Origin: Azolla caroliniana
Taxonomy: Eukaryota; Plantae; Polypodiophyta
Reading direction: 5' to 3'
Assembly: GCA_043228905.1 (NCBI GenBank)
Contig: JBHGNT010000005.1
Location: 7,626,001-7,690,000 of the forward strand
Length of the DNA stretch: 64,000 nucleotides
Shown: in pieces, positions 23,514 to 35,948 of the stretch
Layout: each line of letters begins with the position of its first letter
Position numbering within the stretch: position 1 is the stretch's first letter
Made by a program: the position numbers and the translations under genes
The notes under the pieces: model-generated
Databases searched by the model: none
What the model was told of the DNA's origin: nothing
The model's input: the letters and a program-made list of their open reading frames with translations, nothing else

Positions 23514-25657
23514 AACAAAGTAATTTCCTATAATGAAAAGAATGGCCATTCTTGGAATATAAAAAATTGGCCTAACTGGTTTCCATCAATCTATTACTTT
23601 GACATTAAATCAATTAGTGTAAGGCCATTTATAGGAGCCTTAAGAATTAAATAGGAAAAGGCATATTTGCATATTGATGCTTGACCATCAATGTAGCCAA
23701 GGTTGTTTGGCTTCTCCAAGAGAATCTCTTTAGTTGAAAGGGGTGGGAAGATAACTTCATTCATTGGAGAGTTTAAAGGGTTATTTATCCTTGATCAATT
23801 CCTCTATTGCATCTTAGTCGATGCAAACGGCCATGTCATCTTGAATATTACTGCCACTTGTTTTCATCATAGATTGATTCCCCACTCTATTATGAAGTTT
23901 TTGGGCGAGCATGTAACCCAGAAGTAAAATACATAGAAACCAATATTCTCTTATGTTAAAAGCAAGGTGGAGAAAGTTCATAATTCACCTTAGAAGTGTT
24001 GTAATCTATAGGCCTAAATCACATCTTTAGATTAATCCTTCTTACCTTTTGAGCAACAATTCAATGACATCTTTGTTGTCAAGCCAGTAGGTTGCTATAA
24101 CACATTTATGCACCCAAAACACTATCTTTTGGAGGTAGCTATTTTCAACAAAAGACCAAGTTTATATTTCAAATGATGTTGAGATTACCAAAGAATGACT
24201 CGCCATTCACCCTCATCTTTGATGATCGCAAGATTGGTGTGGAGTCATGATTTTCATTAGAGCATGAAAAATAAGACCCTAGAACAAATGGCACAAGAAC
24301 ATATATGGAGATAAGTAGCATATATGATGATGTATTGCAATGGAGATATTGCCAACTAAGTCAATGATCCCAAACAATTACATGAAGGGATTAATTCCAA
24401 ACTCTTAATGCATCTATAAAAATGGGAGGATGGTACCAAGTGGGGATCATCAAGAACTAAGTTAATGATGAACCAAAGACCAATTCCTAAGAGCTAAATA
24501 TGCTCATAAAGGTCTATTCGGAATGTAATATATCAATTTAGGCACACTGACTAACTGAACGATACATTTTCACATCCTTTCCAACAAAGTAAATTCCTAT
24601 AATGAAAAGAATGGCCATTCTTGGAATATAAAAAATTGGCCTAACAAGTTTCCATCAATCTACTACTTTGACATTAAATCAATTAGTGTAAGGCCATTTA
24701 TAGGACCCTAAAGAATTAAATAGGAAAAGGCATATTTGTATATTGATTGATGCCTGACCATCAATGTAGCCAAGCTTGTTTGGCTTCTCCAAGAGAATCT
24801 CTTTAGTTGAAAGGGGTGGAAAGATAACTTCATTCATTGGAGAGTTCAAGGGGTTACTTAACTCCTTGGATCGGTTCCTCTACTGCATCTTAGTTCATGC
24901 AAACAATGGGCCATGTCATCTTGAATATTACCACCACTTGTTTTCATCATAGATTGATTCCCCACTCTATTATGAAGTTTTTGGGGCAACATGTAACCCA
25001 CAAGTAAAAAACATAGGAACCAATATTCTCTTATGTTAAAAGCAATGTGGAGAAAGTTCATAATTCTATAGGCCTAAATCACATCTTTAGATTAATCCTC
25101 CTTACCTTTTGGGCAACAATATGGAGCTCAATGACATCTTTGTTGTCAAGACAAATAGGTTGCTATAACACATTTATGCACCTACAACACTATCTTTTGG
25201 AGGTTGCTAATTTCCACAAAAGACCAAGTTTAGATTTCAAATGATGTTGAGATTACTAAAGAATGACTCGCCATCCACCCTCATCTTTGATGATCGCAAG
25301 ATTGGTGTGAAGTCATGACTTTCATTAGAGCATGAAGAATAAGACCCTAGAACAAATGGCACAAGAACATAAATGGAGATAAGAAGCATTTGTGATTATG
25401 TATTGGAATGGAGATATTGTCAACTAAGTCAATGATCCCAAACAATTACATGAAGGGGATTAATTCCAAATACTTAATGCATCTATAGAAATGGGAGGAC
25501 ATGGTAGGAAGTGGGGACCATCAAGAACTATGTTAATGATGAACCAAACCCCAATTCCTAAGAGCTAAATATGCTCACAAAGGTCTATTCAGAATGTAAT
25601 ATATCAATTCGGGCACACTAACTCACTGAACTATACATTTTCGTATCCTTTCCAACA
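23514..25657. repeat. Direct tandem duplication of a ~1.07-kb non-coding unit
   Basis: Copies 23514-24582 and 24583-25657 are collinear end to end with scattered substitutions and small indels; AACA at all three junctions. Confidence 0.95.
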
Positions 25658-27062
25658 CTTGAAAACATTTTTAGATGGGCATGAAGTCCATAGATGCTAA
25701 AGGCCAAAGTGAATGTGAACCAAGATGAAAGAGAAGACAAGGAGCGCCCCTTACAAAAATGAGGTTAGTCTTCATAGAATTGCAATTCTCTAATTCACAT
25801 CCACAGAAAGCAAAAACACCTTCATCCTAGAATTTAGGAACAGCATTAGAAGACCTAGATTTTACACACAACCTATTTTAGATGGAATTTTACCTTCAAG
25901 GTAAATAGTGGATGTAAAGAATTCGTTCCAATGTGGGCCTCATAAAAACTTGTGTTCGAATAATCCATCTACATCTGCTATAACACCTGGTTCAAAATAG
26001 TGCATGTGTGTAAACTGTCACCATGGACTCCTGTATGCCCTTTCTATATACAATGCACTTGATTGTCATTATGAGGGGCCCATCTTAGTTTCAGGTTTAA
26101 ACTCTATGATTTAACCACAATAAAAATTGCATTCGACTGGATATAAACTCAATTCACCTGCTTTTGGTAGCAGTTTCCTAGTAAGATAACAAATTCTGAA
26201 GGTACGTATGCAATAAAACCAGATAGAAACCTTGCAAACAAACACATACATGAGTTTCTGTCATTAACATTCACTTCTACAGACTGTCTTTTTTACATCA
26301 ACAAATTTCGTGCCTTCCAGATTTGCTATTAACATTCACTTCTACAGACAGTCTTTTTTTCCGTCAACAAGGGCCTGTACGATTTGCGAACGTGTGTTTC
26401 TCTTGTAAATCTAATAAAATCTGATCCGTGAGACTTCATCTAGTGCATCCTGATATCATAAAAACCCACACTTTTATACAGTATACGATCATCAATATTC
26501 AGAGGATGGCAGTTTTTTTGTTTCTGAAATCATCCAGTCCAGACCTCATCCAGCAATCTAAAACATCCTATAATATCCAAACAGACACACACAGATCAAT
26601 TTCCTTATCGCACTACAAAATTTCACAATTCGGCTTTCTCATACTCACAGGCTCAGCCTTTTGTATAGAATGTGGAATGGGTGGTTCACAAAACCCAATT
26701 AATATACAAAGTGTAGTTCAAAAGGGGTGTTTCTAGAATACAATTGTGATGGGCAAAATGCTATTCACCCCACCACTGGTTTTAGTTCCCTAATCTACAG
26801 ACTAAACCTAGACAATGAACTGAATAAACTCTTAGATCCAAAATAAGGTAGATCTGCATGAAAAGGAATAAAAAACATTAAAATATGTGATCACATCATT
26901 ATCAGCTTCCTTATATTATGTTGTTAATAAACTTTTGACATCATCACAAACCAACCAACCCTACCTAAGGTATGACCGGATATAACAGGGTAGCCTAGTG
27001 ATATCATCCCATAACCTGAATAGTAAAGAACTTGCCCTAAGTCATTGTTTCTTCTCCGAGGG

Positions 27063-28915
27063 TCAGGTATCTCCAGCATCACTGTCACTTGTGGATGAGC
27101 TTCCAGAATCTTAAATCAAAAGCAGAATAGAAGTAGAACTGTCAATAAATTCAAGAGAAAGAGCTTCCAGGTACGAGAAAATTATCATTAAATCAATGGC
27201 AACACCAAGACATTATAATAGAATTTTATAAACCATACTGACCACTGGATGATCCTGAGCTGCTTGAACTCTCTGAACTGCTCGAGCTGCTTAAAGGTGC
27301 GTCTTTACCTAGGACAATAGCAGAGTAAATGTCAGTCATAAACGCCATACCCAGCACTTACAAATCTAATGTTGGGGGAAAAGCTGACACCAAAAAAAGA
27401 AAGATAATTTGATACCTTGTTCATGTTCAGCTGTGGTTTGTGTTGCTCCGTTTGTTGGATGCTGAAATATATACATAGCATGACAATACTTTTAGCAAAG
27501 TATTTCGTTAAGGATAAAACGCAAGAACAAAATACAAACACAGAAGAGAAGTTCACCTGATTTTTCTGCATTGCAGCTTTCTTGCTTTTGCTGACGCTCT
27601 TTAAACAATTCTTGGCACGACGATACAGTTCCCAGAGTGTATCATTATCAAACGACTCGAGATCTACTTCAATCTCATCCCCCTTGTGACACATGTCCAC
27701 ATTCCTTTCCTTCATCAAGGTGATGATATCTTCTAGCATTTTCTCGGGAAGCTGTTCCAAAATCCTCTGCAATTCTGCCTTCTGTTGGAGTTCCATTACT
27801 TTTTTCTGAGCCTTAGGTTTAGGTTTAGGCTTGGGTTTTGCTTGGGATTTAGCCTCCGCATTCTCCGCTGTTTTTTGTTTAGCTCCACTCTTGCTTCTCG
27901 GTTGATCTAAAAACCCTTCTACTCCACTACTTGCATGATAAACATCTGGAACCTGACTTCTAAGTAATTCTATCTCTCTCTCAGCCGCTAACCTTATCTC
28001 TCTTTCTGCCGCTAACCTGTCCACCCTCTGGCTAATAACTTCCCATCCGCTTTCAAACATCTTTGATAACTCAAGCGCCCATATATGTACATCATTTGAA
28101 GGTGGGTTATACATCATAGCGTTGCTGAATGTCAATCTTACGTCATCTGCAAACTGCATCGTCGATAAGTATTGTTTCCTATCAAGTTTACTTCTTATAG
28201 TTCCAAGATCCATGGGTTGCGTTACAATCAAGTGGTAGTCGGAGAGACCGAGTTTCACAGCATCCACAGGTTTATTAAAAATCCATCCATCTTTATGTGA
28301 CATGAGCTTGGTAAGAAGGCTCTTACACTGAACTCTAATCTCATGAGGTATTCCTACTTGTTTCCTTTTAAGGTCCCCACCATTTGCATTCAAAGGCCCT
28401 CGCTTTCGATGCTTACTCTTTGACTTCCCCATTGAAGGTATCTTTTCTTTCCCTACAACAAAGTCAGTTTTATTATACAGCTGGTTGGCTTTTGGCGTGC
28501 GTTTACCACTCAGTATCTCAGCACCAATAAGGCTGCTATCATTTGCTCTGAAGGAAGGCCTTTTTAAGAACTCCATGTTTAGTTTAGGAGATGTAAAGAT
28601 CGGTTTGGATTCTACCTCCGGGCCATTGAAACTTTGCATGTTATTTGCATTGACTTTAGACTCAAATGCAAGTGATTGAGATTGCCGAAGTTGAGACTCT
28701 CTAGCCTCAAGCTTCAAAGACAGTCCTTGCACTGTAATCAAGTCCTCTTTGAGCTTCCTCCTTAGCTCTTTTCTCTGTTCTTTAGACATTCCAACAGTGT
28801 ATTGTGTTGGTGGAACTTTTTTCACTGAGAAATAATGAAATTCAGCCTGAAAATCTGCATCAGAAGTTGGCTGTGGATTCCATTCTCCCTTTTGAAGCTC
28901 AGTACTTGGACTCAT
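27063..28915 (-). CDS. GTE4-like bromodomain and extra-terminal (BET/GTE) transcription factor; exons 28915-27557, 27461-27416, 27308-27243, 27109-27063; ~505 aa
   Basis: RTPKANQLY motif, bromodomain (HKDGWIFNKPVD..PMDLGTI..DVRLTFSNAMMYNP), ET domain (DEIEVDLESFDNDTLWEL); three GT-AG introns join in frame (1518 nt) to a Ser-rich tail ending SSTSDSDAGDT*. Confidence 0.92.
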
Positions 28916-30117
28916 TAGCTTCCTCTTAGGTTTTTTTTATTAAGTTTCTTCCTAAGCCTGAGGAGCAAACAAGAGCAAAACCTCAGTAAGTAAGAAACTT
29001 TCATTGAACACATCTTTGGTTGACCCCTGGTTTGGTTGAAACACACCTTTTTTCCAAAGTACAATACTTAAGCAACTCAGGTTATAGCACTCATCCGGAT
29101 TATGAATTTGATGAGGTGATTCATCCAGCAGAAAAAGAAGAGAAAAACAACGTCTTCACCTGGAACGATTGAGGGATCTTAGACTCTTAAACATCAACCC
29201 GGTGTGTCATTATTGATGAAGGAAATCAGAGAATAACGCGAATTAGAGAATTCTTGCTTAGAAGAATCACGGAATAGAGCAAATTAAGGCGTATTAGAGT
29301 AAAACTATTAACCTTTCCAATCATTGTTGCTGAAGGAAAGCACAGCAAATGAAAGCGAACAGAAGAGAAATTCAGGGGTCTGTATACATGAAGAAATATG
29401 TAAGAAAAATGTACATCTATTCAATATTTTGAATATGTTAGAACCAAAAAAACATTCTCAGATGAAATCCATCATACAAACTGTATACAGTCAATATTAT
29501 GTTGGCAACTTCCAACGAGAAATAGACACTTGTGCAGAAAATCAAGGAGAAAATACCTTCTAGAATATTTCTTCAGTTAACAGGAAAGCAGCTTCATCAC
29601 AGCTTCTCTTTTACAGAGATATACACATACATATATAATATATGCAAACTGAGGACTCAAAAATGGTCTTCTTCTGCTTCCTCCTTTCAGGCTTCTATAG
29701 TGGAGAGATGAGAAGATATATCTCTGTAGCAAACCATCGACAGAGGATATCAAATTACCATATCTTGCATTTCCTCTTTACAACAAGGGCATGGAAACAG
29801 TGAATTGTGCAAAAGCGAAGGAGAAAAATGCACAGAACATGCCTTTGTTAGAGAAAAATAGCTGCTTCTTCCTTTTTCCAGTAACATATAAGCAAACTCA
29901 GTTTCGTAGAGAAAGAAGAATGTGTCTTTCTTATTCTTCTTCTTCTTCTGCTGCTGCTGCTGCTTTCGTTCAAGCTGCTATAGGTGCGGAGAGCATGTCT
30001 ATTTCGTCTTCTGGAATAGGTCTCTGTTAGCAGGAGCAATCCGTCGTCATGGTAGGTTTCCTCTGAAAATCATGTATCATCAATATGCAAACTGAGGGTT
30101 CACAAGGATCTTCTTCC

Positions 30118-30213
30118 GAAGAAGAAGAAGAAGAAGAAGAAGAAGAAGAAGCCCTGGCAGGAACTGCGAGCAGGAACAGAGATGCAAAACCCTAGCAGAA
30201 ACAGCAGACACGG

Positions 30214-30262
<49 letters not shown>

Positions 30263-30440
30263 GGGTCTCTCAGGGAGCGGAGACAAAAAGGCAACAAATA
30301 AAGTCTCTAAGCCTTGGTTTTATTCAACGGATCTCAACCGTCCGATGGCCTCCCCCATCGGACGGCTTCTGATCCTTCAGTTTGTCCACATTGTCGCCAG
30401 CTAGCTTGGCATGCAAGGCAAAAACACACACACACACACA

Positions 30441-30503
<63 letters not shown>
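30118..30503. repeat. (GAA)n, (GA)n and (CA)n(CT)n microsatellites at the likely GTE 5'UTR/promoter
   Basis: Tracts at ~30118-30150, 30218-30258 and 30423-30503; CT-rich 5'UTRs are common in plant genes. Confidence 0.8.
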
Positions 30504-30506
<3 letters not shown>

Positions 30507-31929
30507 GTGTGTATGAGACAATTGATCCAAACGTCCTACCCTAAGGGAGAGCCAAGATATTTTTCAAGGTTTCTTCTTGTAACAACACGAGGAGCAGAGC
30601 CACTCTCTTAGACCATAGATCGGATAACGTTTTCATCCCCGAAGCACACATTTTTGTTATGTGCTCTTCTCTCTGTAATTCGCACGAGATGCTTTGTGCC
30701 CCCCCCTTCCCCCTCACGATATGTGTAACCAAGCAGCATGGTACTTTCCTTTTGACTTGATAATCATGTGGGCGGTTTCCGAGGGTTGAACTGTTGGATC
30801 ATGTTGATACCTGGACAATTCGTTGGTCGCCATAAAGCTGGGTGTGGAAGACTATAGTTACTACGGGAATGTGATTGGAAGTTCTTTATGGTGGTGATGT
30901 GACAACAAATGAACTTGCTTTCAAAAAAGGTAGGGATGGTATCTGTGGGTAAAATTGTTGAACCACGGTGACATTATGCCTGCAAGTGTTAACAAGGTGC
31001 TTGCATAGCGGTAAATGATTGGTTGCAAAAAACATTGAAGTGCAAATCCTATTGTAATTGTTGGACCATGTTGAAATGGTGGTAAATAACTAGTTTTCGA
31101 TAAAGTTGAGACGGCTATTGAAGTGGGAATATGGAAGGAAGCGTTAACACAAGAGCAAGTTGTTCATGATCATTATTGGCAACAAAAAAAGAAGAATACA
31201 TGAGTGTATGTTATTGGACCATGTTATGCTTGAAATTTATTGTCTACAAAATTTTTGGGGCACTAGATGAGGCACAACAAAATGGAATGTTGGAGCAACA
31301 TATTCTTGATTGATGAACTACAAATTGATCGGTAAGATGGATGAGTTATCTACGTCAAGGCATTAGGAGCCAAGTTTAGAAAACTAATTCTCCCTATTTA
31401 CAATAAAAGTACATAATCTATTCAATCTTGGATTGTCTCTAGAAATCAAGACAAAATGAATAGTACGAGTATTCTTGTTGTTTGTCGCTTTTTTCTCAAA
31501 ATATGCATTAAGAGCATAGTTCCTAATATTCGCATATGTCCAATCTGGTAGACGTATGCGAACGTTTGTATACGTTCGTGTATGATACGTGATATTCATT
31601 TTCCATCTTGAAACAAAGGATCATATCACAAAGAAACAAAGCTTGAAAGGCTTGAATTCTATAGAAAATCCTAAGAAACCATGAAATGGAATGAAATGAA
31701 AAGAAACCTAAGAAATGAACATTTCACACAAGACAACAGAATGAGAGAGAAAGAAAGAAAGAAAGAAAGAAAGATATATTAACGTCTTCTAAGGCCAAAT
31801 TTGGCCCATGAGACAAATGGGTTACAACAAAAATGAGTGTTTATTCAATCATCAAAACTAAAAATAAAAGAAAATAGCTTAAGCTAAGAAAGTTCTAGTA
31901 GTGTACAAAACTTTGCACTAAGTCTAATC

Positions 31930-33235
31930 TCATTTCCACCCAAGTCTCTCAAAAAGAAGTGGGAGGTCAAAAGTTTTTGGTGTGGGTGTGACCCATGGTC
32001 CCGATGCATAGAGTGCCCTAGCCATGGCTTCTAGGCGGTGTAGTTCACGTTCCCTTATTTTCTTTATTGCTTCTACATCTCGTCGAGTTGTTTTGAAATC
32101 CGGCATCCGAGGGTGTTTGGTTCTTCTTTGATTTTCTGCTTCATCAAGGAGAAGTCCGAGTGGTGCAGGTGTGTCGACATTCATTGTCTCCCCCTGTTTC
32201 TGAAAAACTTCATTTGTTATATGTTGGTAAACATTAGCAACATTATTATCAACGTTTTGTAATTTATTCTCTCTGTGTTGTTTCAATTCTAAGATGTATC
32301 TACCTAATTTCTTCATATCTATTGTATCTAATGGTTTAGGGAGGGTGGGAGAGGAACCAAGTATGTCTTGGTATTTTGCCCTTATCTCGGCATAGGTGGG
32401 GCATTTGCATGTAAAATGGTACTCATCCTCTATCTCTATGTGGCATAACCTACATATCCTTTCCTCCCTAGGGACTCCATTAGTACGTCCATTCTCAATC
32501 TCAAGTTGGTGAGATGATATTCTAAGTTGACCAATGGCAATCCTTAGTGCATGTGGTAAGAATACATCTAGATATTTTGGGCGCGTGATAAAACCTAACT
32601 TAGAGAAGTGCATAAAGTGTTTCTTATAGTACGACATTTTAGATGGGAGTGGCTCTAGTGGGGTGATCGATTTATACCGAGTATAAATTTGCCATATTTC
32701 TTGGCGTATTACTTTATTACAGTCCTCATGAGAGATTAAAGTGTTATCAATCCTGTGGTCGTACTTAGGGGGGGGGGGGGGGGAGGTTAGTAATGTCTAG
32801 ACCGTTGGCAAGAAGGCAACTCACCATCATGCCATACCATGAGCTAGTATAGCCGGACTCATACAGTGCTCGAGAAGCCTTAAAGGCTTGGTGGGATATT
32901 CTATCAAGTGGTTGGTTATGTATCTTGTGTATAAAGACTACCAGTTGAAAAAGTGCTTCTACTAACATAGGGGGTAGAGTGAACTCAACCCTAATAATGT
33001 CATGTGGGACCGACGATTTGCTTCGGAGTTGGCGTGATAACATCATCACCAATGGTCTCTCTAATTGCGTCCACATGAAAGATGGTAGTCCTGGGGCCCA
33101 AACCGCTGATGCATACATGAGAGTGGGAGTCACTAATGAGTCAAAGAGCCACCCTTTAGTTCGTGGCTCTTGGAAGTATGCTTGGTGGCATTGTCTCTCG
33201 AGGAGTGAGAGGGATGCATGTCCTCTTGTAAGTCT
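31930..33235 (-). pseudogene. LINE ORF2 C-terminal part
   Basis: ORFs 32765-33268 and 31930-32637; frame broken at a long G run near 32770. Confidence 0.85.
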
Positions 33236-33541
33236 TGTCGAATACAAGTGTATAATGGACGTATTCACACTATCCCTTTGTATAGATCAAGTTTGGGCCA
33301 TTTGTGTAATTAGCATAAATGGTAGATGCCCTAAGTCTGTCACTATATATAGTGACCTTGTAACCTTTTTGTAAGGTTGGGTGTTGTATTCTTTTTCTAT
33401 TGAATAAAGAGTCTTTTGTGCCTCTCTCTCTCTCTCTCTCTCTCTCCATCTCTGTGCACGACCTCAGAAACGATCATACGCAGGTACAGAACAGAATCGA
33501 ATGCTTCTTAATCTTCCGCATAGACGACCTTGTCTACAACA
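33236..33541 (+). repeat. Copia 5' LTR
   Basis: TGTCG...CAACA; no differences from 45467-45772 by eye. Confidence 0.97.
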
Positions 33542-34226
33542 TCTGGTATCAGAGCATTCGGTCCTTCAATCCGCTGTCGGCCGTCGTCTCAGCCTGCACA
33601 GCATTCGGTTTCCTGCGTCATTCGAAGAAGAGAGAAGAAGAAAAACGAGGCTTGCATCTCATCGCGTTAGATCATCTTTGCTTGGAGTAAGCCAGCCGGC
33701 TGTACTCTGTTCCCTGTGATCGTAACTGCTCGAGGTGAAGTCCCCTTGTGCAACATTGACACGATCGTGCTCCACTCAGTTAAACGGCATCCGAAGAGGT
33801 TATCAAACGCTGCGCGCCGCTCATTGTAACCACTCGGAGCAGATCGGTCTCAAGACAACAACCCCAATTCGTGCTTCATCCGGCTGATCGACATTCGGGA
33901 GGATCAGTTGGATCCGTCTCTCTCGTCGCTGCAGTCACCCGAAGCAGAATCGGTCCAGACAATCGGTTTCGATAATCGGTATTTGGCATATACATTCGGA
34001 AGCGAACCGGGCTCACTCCGACTCGGCAACATTCGGGAAGACCAGTCAGTTCTGTCCCTCAAGTTACCGGAGTCAATTCGAGCAAGTTCAACAATACATA
34101 TATCCGAAGCCGAACCGACTCGGGTTCAAATCCGACTAGAACGATATCGGGTGAGCCAACCGGCTGGACTCCAACAAGGTTCGTAGTCAACTCCGAACCG
34201 AGCTTCGTCAACCGAAACCAAATTTG

Positions 34227-35483
34227 ATGGCATCCACATCCGGCTCGTCAGAAATGAGTCTACGAAAGTTCGATGGATTGAACTTCAACTTCTGGAAGGA
34301 GCAAATGCAGGACTATCTCATAGTCAAGGGGCAAATCGATCCCATCGAAAATGAAGAACCTCCAGAAGGATACAAACCAATCGAGTGGCAGAAGCTGGAC
34401 AGAATCGTCCGCGCCACGATTCGGATGCACCTATCGGAATCGGTATACTTTACGGTGCAATCGTGTACGACAGCATTCGAACTGTGGAAAACACTGTCGG
34501 ACACTTACGAAAAGAAGGTCGCCGCAACGAAGATGTTTCTGATCCGGCGCCTCTACAACTTGCGGATGAAAGAATCCGATTCGGTTCAAGCACACCTCAA
34601 TGAGTACGAAAGCATAAGCTCCCAAATCTCGTCACAGGGGACGGCAATCGAGGATGAACTCAGAGCAATGATACTCATGAGCAGCCTTCCCTCATCATGG
34701 GAAACTTTCGTCACAACCGTGTGCAACGCGTCAACCACGGTTGTTAAATACTCCGAAGTCACGAGCGCAATCCTGACCGAAGCAGCTCGGAGAAAGTCTT
34801 TCGCCAAAGACTCAACAGACGACGCTTACGTAGTACAAGGTTCGATAGACCGATCGAACATACGAGGAAGAGATTCCTCACGGCCGCCGAACAATCAGCG
34901 AAGACGGAGCCAGTCACGGGATAATCGAATCTGCAACTATTGCAAGAAACCCGGACACATCAAAGCCGACTGCCGCGCACTCAAGAACAAGAACGACAAG
35001 TCTCAGAGATCAGACAAGAAGAGTGGCCGGCATGAGGAGATCAATTACGTCAGCTTCTCAGCTGATGTGCTACCAAACGACCCGAATATACTATCAATCG
35101 AAAATCCAGTCGGATCAGAAGTTCTGCTCACGACTGAAGAATCGAGCACATGGCTCTTAGATTCGGGCGCGTCATTTCACGTGACTCCTCATCGATCCCA
35201 ATTTCGGCAATATACGATCCGTCACTCCGACTCAGTTCGAGTCGGTAACTCGCAACACTGTGACATCATTGGAATCGACACAGTAGAGCTCAACCTTGCA
35301 GGGGGCTCTACACTTGTACTTCACAATGTCCGACATGTACCCGAGCTCTCAAGGCCATTGATCTCAGTCGGACAACTAGATGAAGACGGCATTCGTGCCG
35401 GTTTTTCTTCGGGAGGGTGGACACTCCACAGGGGGAACCTCCTGCTTGCTAGAGGACCCAAGATACACTCACTGTATCCGTTA
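34227..35483 (+). CDS. Copia polyprotein 5' part (gag, zinc knuckle, protease), interrupted by the chromovirus
   Basis: KFDGLNFNFWK, CNYCKKPGHIKADC, WLLDSGASFH. Confidence 0.93.
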
Positions 35484-35948
35484 TGTTACGGGCATGACCA
35501 TATAATATCCCGTGGTGAGAATTGTCGTAGTATTCTATACACGTGGATAAGTGTGAGGGTTAAACAAAGAGTCTAAAGAAGGGGAGGATTACTTTTAATC
35601 CTCGGGATTGAGACAACCCATGAGGCCAAGTGTGAACATGGCTGGGGGCCTTGAGAATTACTATAAATAAGAGGCCTAGCTACCCTCATTGGGGCATGCA
35701 TTGACTACGTCGAGACTCTGTCCGTGAGTGGAACGACTCTTGTAGCAAGCGCGCTATCATCCAGGTACGACTCGACGCCAAGGCGGTGGTATGGGACGCC
35801 GATCGAGGCTCGAGTCCGTCTCGATCCCTTCGCTCGGGGGTGGTCGGGTGGATCGGCACCCTTCTTTCTCTCTTTTCTCTCTATTCTTTCTAGATCTATC
35901 ATTGATATATCCTTATTTTATGCTTACTTTAGTACCTAATCTCTAATA
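35484..35948 (+). repeat. Chromovirus 5' LTR (TGTTA...TAATA)
   Basis: Identical to 42029-42493; TATAAATA at ~35672. Confidence 0.97.

Noticed and set aside
27830-27858. Telomere-like TTTAGG repeats
   Set aside because: Encode PKPKPK in the GTE exon; not TTTAGGG
30700-31600. Possible DNA transposon remnant
   Set aside because: No recognisable transposase motif, TIR or TSD
32768-32785. G-run as a functional G-quadruplex
   Set aside because: Homopolymer expansion within a Pro codon run of a dead LINE, possibly a sequencing artefact
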